Below, one piece after another: positions 40,807-42,811 of a stretch of DNA of 42,811 nt. Every line of letters begins with the position of its first letter. Position 1 is the first letter of the stretch. The notes below the pieces were generated by a model, which searched no databases, had not been told where the DNA came from, and worked only from the letters and a program-made list of their open reading frames with translations. This stretch comes from Candidatus Vogelbacteria bacterium CG10_big_fil_rev_8_21_14_0_10_51_16 (GTDB taxonomy: Bacteria; Patescibacteriota; Minisyncoccia; Phycocordibacterales; JACRKE01). The translations under genes were made by a program, and so were the position numbers. Location: NCBI GenBank assembly GCA_002774795.1, contig PCYI01000019.1, forward strand, positions 65,480 to 108,290, read 5' to 3'.

Positions 40807-42811
40807 TAAAGCATAATCAGCACCAGCAGAATGGCCACGATATTTGCGATTTTTATCATGGGATTGATGGCTGGCCCGGCGGTATCTTTGTATGGGTCAC
40901 CCACTGTGTCGCCCGTGACGGCCGCCGCGTGCGCGGGGCTTCCCTTGCCTCCATGATTTCCTGACTCAATGTGTTTCTTCGCGTTATCCCAAGCGGCTCC
41001 GCCTTTAGTCATAGAGAGAGCCAGGAATAGACCGGTCACAATGGTGCCTATTAAAAGCCCGCCGAGCGCCTCAAAACCAAGGAAGAAACCGACCAAAAGC
41101 GGCACCACAATAGGTATTAGAGCGGGTGCGATCATTTTTCGTAGAGACGCTTTGGTAACAATGTCTACGCAGGTTCCATATTCCGGTTTAGCCGTTCCCT
41201 CCATAATACCCGGAATCTCTCGGAACTGACGACGCACCTCTTCCACCACGCTTCCCGCTGTTTTTCCCACCGCCTCCATGGCCATGGCCGCGAATATGTA
41301 GGTGATGAGGCCTCCCAAAAAGAGACCGACGATAACAGAAGGATTAGAGAGGTCAAAAAAGATAGCTCCCTTTTGCAGGGCAATCTCCTGAGTATATGCG
41401 GAAAAGAGGACAAGCGAAGCTAATCCAGCCGAGGCAATGGCGTAACCCTTAGTGACCGCTTTAGTGGTGTTGCCGACAGCATCCAGTGGGTCTGTAATAG
41501 CGCGGACATCTTCTGAAAGCCCTGCCATTTCGGCAATCCCACCAGCGTTATCAGTGATAGGACCATAGGCGTCTATGGTGACAATCATGCCAGCGAGTGA
41601 AAGCATTGCCACCGAGGCGAGGGCGATACCATACAGCTCAGCAATGTTATAGGCACCAATGATAGCAATAACTATTACCAAAACAGGGAGTGCGGTGGCC
41701 CGCATCGAGAGAGCAAGACCGGCAATGATGTTTGTGCCGTGGCCGGTCTCTGATGCCTTGGCCAGATTACGTACCGGAGCATATTCGGTACCTGTGTAGT
41801 ATTCCGTGATTTTAATAATGAGGAAGGTGACTACAAAGCCAAGAATTACAGAGGACAGTATTTGGTTCTGGGTAAGCGGAAGGAAAAGCTCCGGATACCA
41901 TTGTGTCATAACCGCAAAACCGATGAGAGCAAACATGCCCGTAGCGGCCGCACCTTTATAGAGCGCCCCCATAATTCTTTTTGGGTTCTTGAGGGCGATA
42001 AACCAAGAGCCCACAATTGTGGCGACAAGGGAGATGGCTCCTATAACAAGAGGAAGTAAAACAATATTTTGTAGTGCGAGCTCGCTTATCCCGGCACCAA
42101 AGGTAAGCTCACCCAATACCATAGCCGAGATGATAGTGACCACGTAAGTCTCAAAAAGGTCTGCCGCCATGCCCGCGCAGTCACCGACGTTGTCGCCTAC
42201 GTTATCAGCAATGACCGCCGGGTTGCGGGGGTCATCTTCGGGGATACCGGCCTCCACTTTGCCCACAAGGTCCGCCCCGACGTCCGCGGCCTTGGTGTAA
42301 ATGCCACCCCCGAGGCGAGCGAAGACGGAAAGAAGGCTACCTCCAAACGCGAGGCCGATTAGGGCTGACAGGTCGTTTGTGATGCCATAGAAGCCGGCTA
42401 CGGCCAAAAGCGATAGAGATGCCACAAATATACCCGTCACTCCCCCGCCCCGGGTGGCGACCGCGAACGCTTCTCTCATCCCCACTGTGGCCGCTTGGGT
42501 GGTACGCACGTTTGCTCGTACAGATACCATCATGCCAATGTATCCAGCTAGAGCGGAAAGCATGGCGCCAACCAGAAAACCAATTGCGGTATTCAAGCCG
42601 AGTAGATACCAGAGGATAAGGGCGAGCCCGACTCCGACAGGCAAAAGCACGACGTATTGACGGTGAAGAAAGGCGGCCGCCCCTTCTTGGATGGCCTTTG
42701 CGATCTCGTTCATTTTTTCGTTACCGGCCGGCTGTTTCATGACCCAGTAAATCATGTAGATGCCGTAAACTACGCCAATACCGGAACACGCGAGCACAAA
42801 AGTGATTAAAT
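40806..42811 (-). CDS. hppA: Membrane-bound proton- or sodium-translocating pyrophosphatase, N-terminus truncated by the window edge
   Basis: Polytopic protein with [29 protein letters not shown] and [14 protein letters not shown] signatures. The frame stays open upstream of the track start to position 42811. Confidence 0.93.
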   Translation of the reverse strand, partial: LITFVLACSGIGVVYGIYMIYWVMKQPAGNEKMNEIAKAIQEGAAAFLHRQYVVLLPVGVGLALILWYLLGLNTAIGFLVGAMLSALAGYIGMMVSVRANVRTTQAATVGMREAFAVATRGGGVTGIFVASLSLLAVAGFYGITNDLSALIGLAFGGSLLSVFARLGGGIYTKAADVGADLVGKVEAGIPEDDPRNPAVIADNVGDNVGDCAGMAADLFETYVVTIISAMVLGELTFGAGISELALQNIVLLPLVIGAISLVATIVGSWFIALKNPKRIMGALYKGAAATGMFALIGFAVMTQWYPELFLPLTQNQILSSVILGFVVTFLIIKITEYYTGTEYAPVRNLAKASETGHGTNIIAGLALSMRATALPVLVIVIAIIGAYNIAELYGIALASVAMLSLAGMIVTIDAYGPITDNAGGIAEMAGLSEDVRAITDPLDAVGNTTKAVTKGYAIASAGLASLVLFSAYTQEIALQKGAIFFDLSNPSVIVGLFLGGLITYIFAAMAMEAVGKTAGSVVEEVRRQFREIPGIMEGTAKPEYGTCVDIVTKASLRKMIAPALIPIVVPLLVGFFLGFEALGGLLIGTIVTGLFLALSMTKGGAAWDNAKKHIESGNHGGKGSPAHAAAVTGDTVGDPYKDTAGPAINPMIKIANIVAILLVLIML

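Overview
The window looks like a streamlined Patescibacteria (CPR, Parcubacteria-like) chromosome segment. This assignment is an inference from gene content and style, not from a database search.

Backbone genes. Almost all run on the minus strand and are housekeeping:
- A division and cell-wall block: M23 peptidase, murG, ftsW, an ATP-grasp ligase, mraY and a D-Ala-D-Ala carboxypeptidase.
- scpB and scpA.
- Four aminoacyl-tRNA synthetases: aspS, trpS, alaS and leuS.
- A DHH phosphoesterase, a PLD-family enzyme and plsC.
- dnaJ, dnaK and grpE.
- A ribosomal block: rpsI-rplM and rplQ-rpoA-rpsD-rpsK-rpsM-rpmJ-infA. rpmJ is missing from the ORF track and was found by hand.
- An actin-fold PilM/FtsA-like gene, mnmA, mltG, a sigma-region-4/HARE-HTH protein and a membrane pyrophosphatase that runs off the right edge.

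Three things stand out.
1. Three cassettes of small unannotatable genes lie at about 11.56-13.54 kb, 30.3-32.1 kb and 40.28-40.70 kb. Most of their genes carry strong AGGAGG-type Shine-Dalgarno (SD) sites. None of the more than 20 backbone gene starts I inspected has one. The cassettes look somewhat more GC-rich and are rich in membrane-anchored or tiny 2-TM proteins. Each lies directly at the 5' flank of a tRNA synthetase gene (trpS, alaS, leuS).
2. LeuRS carries a roughly 158-residue insertion in its editing-domain region. The insertion contains an exact Nudix box.
3. The genome is saturated with palindromic and short-word repeat families. These include a nested MITE-like element with a possible 7-bp target duplication. 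Some copies sit in frame inside essential genes (mnmA, leuS).

No rRNA gene, tRNA gene or CRISPR array was seen. All functional calls rest on motif recognition by eye. No similarity search was possible.
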